Origin: Syntrophaceae bacterium
Lineage (GTDB): Bacteria; Desulfobacterota; Desulfomonilia; Desulfomonilales; Desulfomonilaceae
Reading direction: 5' to 3'
DNA length: 35,260 bases
NCBI GenBank assembly: GCA_014874425.1
Contig: JACWAG010000493.1
Coordinates: 1-35,260 of the forward strand
Below the pieces are notes generated by a model. It was not told the origin of the DNA. It saw only the letters and a list, made by a program, of their open reading frames with translations, and ran no database searches. A program made the translations under genes and the position numbers. Position 1 is the stretch's first letter. Each line of letters opens with the position of its first letter. This document shows, in pieces, positions 34,418 to 35,260 of this stretch.

Positions 34418-34505
34418 CCTCGGGTGGACAAGTTAATTTTTGTAAGGGCTAAGATTCAGGGGGCTAGAGCCATCAGAACAAATTCATGGAGATAAAGCCG
34501 ACACT

Positions 34506-35141
34506 ATGCGTTGGAGTTTGACAAAACCTCGTTCCGGTTCATTAAGTAGAGATGGCGCCTCGGTCGAAGACGCTGTGCAGTCAAGTGTCATTCTCACAAA
34601 AGCTCAAGATTTAATCGCATGGGGCCGTAAATATTCTATCTGGCCTTTCAATTTCGGTTTGTCGTGTTGTTACGTGGAGATGGCGACCGCGTTTACAAGC
34701 AAATACGATGTGGCGCGTTTCGGATCAGAGGTCCTTCGCGGGACCCCTCGTGAAGCGGATCTTATGGTTATTGCCGGAACGGTATTCATCAAAATGGCCC
34801 CAATAATCAGACGAATGTACCAACAAATGATGGAGCCTCGCTGGGTAATTTCGATGGGATCTTGCGCTAATTCCGGCGGTATGTACGACATTTACAGTGT
34901 GGTTCAGGGCGTTGACAAATTTCTGCCGGTTGATGTTTATGTACCGGGTTGTCCGCCCCGCCCTGACGCGTTCCTGGAAGGCTTGACTCTCCTTCAAAGC
35001 GCAGTGGGCAACGAACGTCGGCCATTGAGTCGATTTGTAGGCCCTCAAAATGTTATCAGCCCTGAAAAGCCATCTATGCGTGACTTGAAACATGAAGCCA
35101 GAAAACTAGTGACAACGCTGCCGTCCCCGGATGAACTCTAG
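34506..35141 (+). CDS. nuoB: NADH-quinone oxidoreductase subunit B
   Basis: [26 protein letters not shown] and VPGCPPRP (N2 cluster ligands). The N-terminal start is uncertain (GTG 34575 is possible). Confidence 0.9.
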   Translation: MRWSLTKPRSGSLSRDGASVEDAVQSSVILTKAQDLIAWGRKYSIWPFNFGLSCCYVEMATAFTSKYDVARFGSEVLRGTPREADLMVIAGTVFIKMAPIIRRMYQQMMEPRWVISMGSCANSGGMYDIYSVVQGVDKFLPVDVYVPGCPPRPDAFLEGLTLLQSAVGNERRPLSRFVGPQNVISPEKPSMRDLKHEARKLVTTLPSPDEL

Positions 35142-35161
35142 GAGATATTTCCAAAAATCTT

Positions 35162-35260
35162 ATGGATCAAAATACGGACATTCTTCAGCAATTAGGAGTT
35201 CGATTCGGAGAAGGGATTTTCACGCCCCAGGCTACCCTTGATGATGTCACAACGGTCTGG
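35162..35260 (+). CDS. nuoC: NADH-quinone oxidoreductase subunit C, 5' fragment
   Basis: ATG 35162 opens MDQNTDILQQLGVRFGEGIFTPQATLDDVTTVW with no stop to the window end. Called by position after nuoB and an N-terminus typical of NuoC. Confidence 0.6.
   Translation, partial: MDQNTDILQQLGVRFGEGIFTPQATLDDVTTVW

Overview
Chromosomal window of about 30 genes from a Gram-negative bacterium. It is probably an anaerobe of the deltaproteobacterial / Desulfobacterota type; that is inference from two exact sigma-54 promoters, a NarI/DsrM-like membrane cytochrome, nuoABC and the gene content, with no marker gene to confirm it. No rRNA, tRNA, CRISPR array, transposase or integrase was seen. Housekeeping blocks are def-fmt-htpX-rsmB (2.0-5.9 kb), an RNase II/R - CoA pyrophosphatase - FmdE-like - MBL hydrolase operon on the minus strand (23.2-27.1 kb), gmhA, a Lon-like protease with degenerate Walker motifs, rpoH, a PHP-type tyrosine phosphatase, and the start of nuo (nuoA, nuoB, 5' end of nuoC). 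The accessory part is a ~15 kb co-directional island (6.2-21.1 kb). It holds an XRE-cupin regulator, a Liv/HAAT-type ABC importer with a methylmalonate-semialdehyde-dehydrogenase-like ALDH inserted into it, a three-subunit molybdenum hydroxylase, an enamidase homologue, a 6-hydroxynicotinate-reductase-like Fe-S protein, and two uncharacterised families (UPF0280/ApbE-like and 'amino acid synthesis'/DUF1185-like). I read it as a reductive nicotinate (or related N-heterocycle) degradation module. It lacks the B12-dependent lower pathway of Eubacterium barkeri and may instead route 2-formylglutarate to glutaryl-CoA. Non-coding candidates are a ~60 nt sigma-54-dependent sRNA candidate (exact TGGCAC-N5-TTGC promoter plus a strong intrinsic terminator), a second exact sigma-54 promoter with an upstream inverted repeat before an FG-GAP protein gene, a ~1 kb coding-poor stretch with poly-C runs and hairpins, a possible histidine-kinase relic upstream of nuo, and an 11-bp perfect inverted repeat between rnr and gmhA. 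All family assignments come from motifs read by eye and remembered family signatures; no database search was run.
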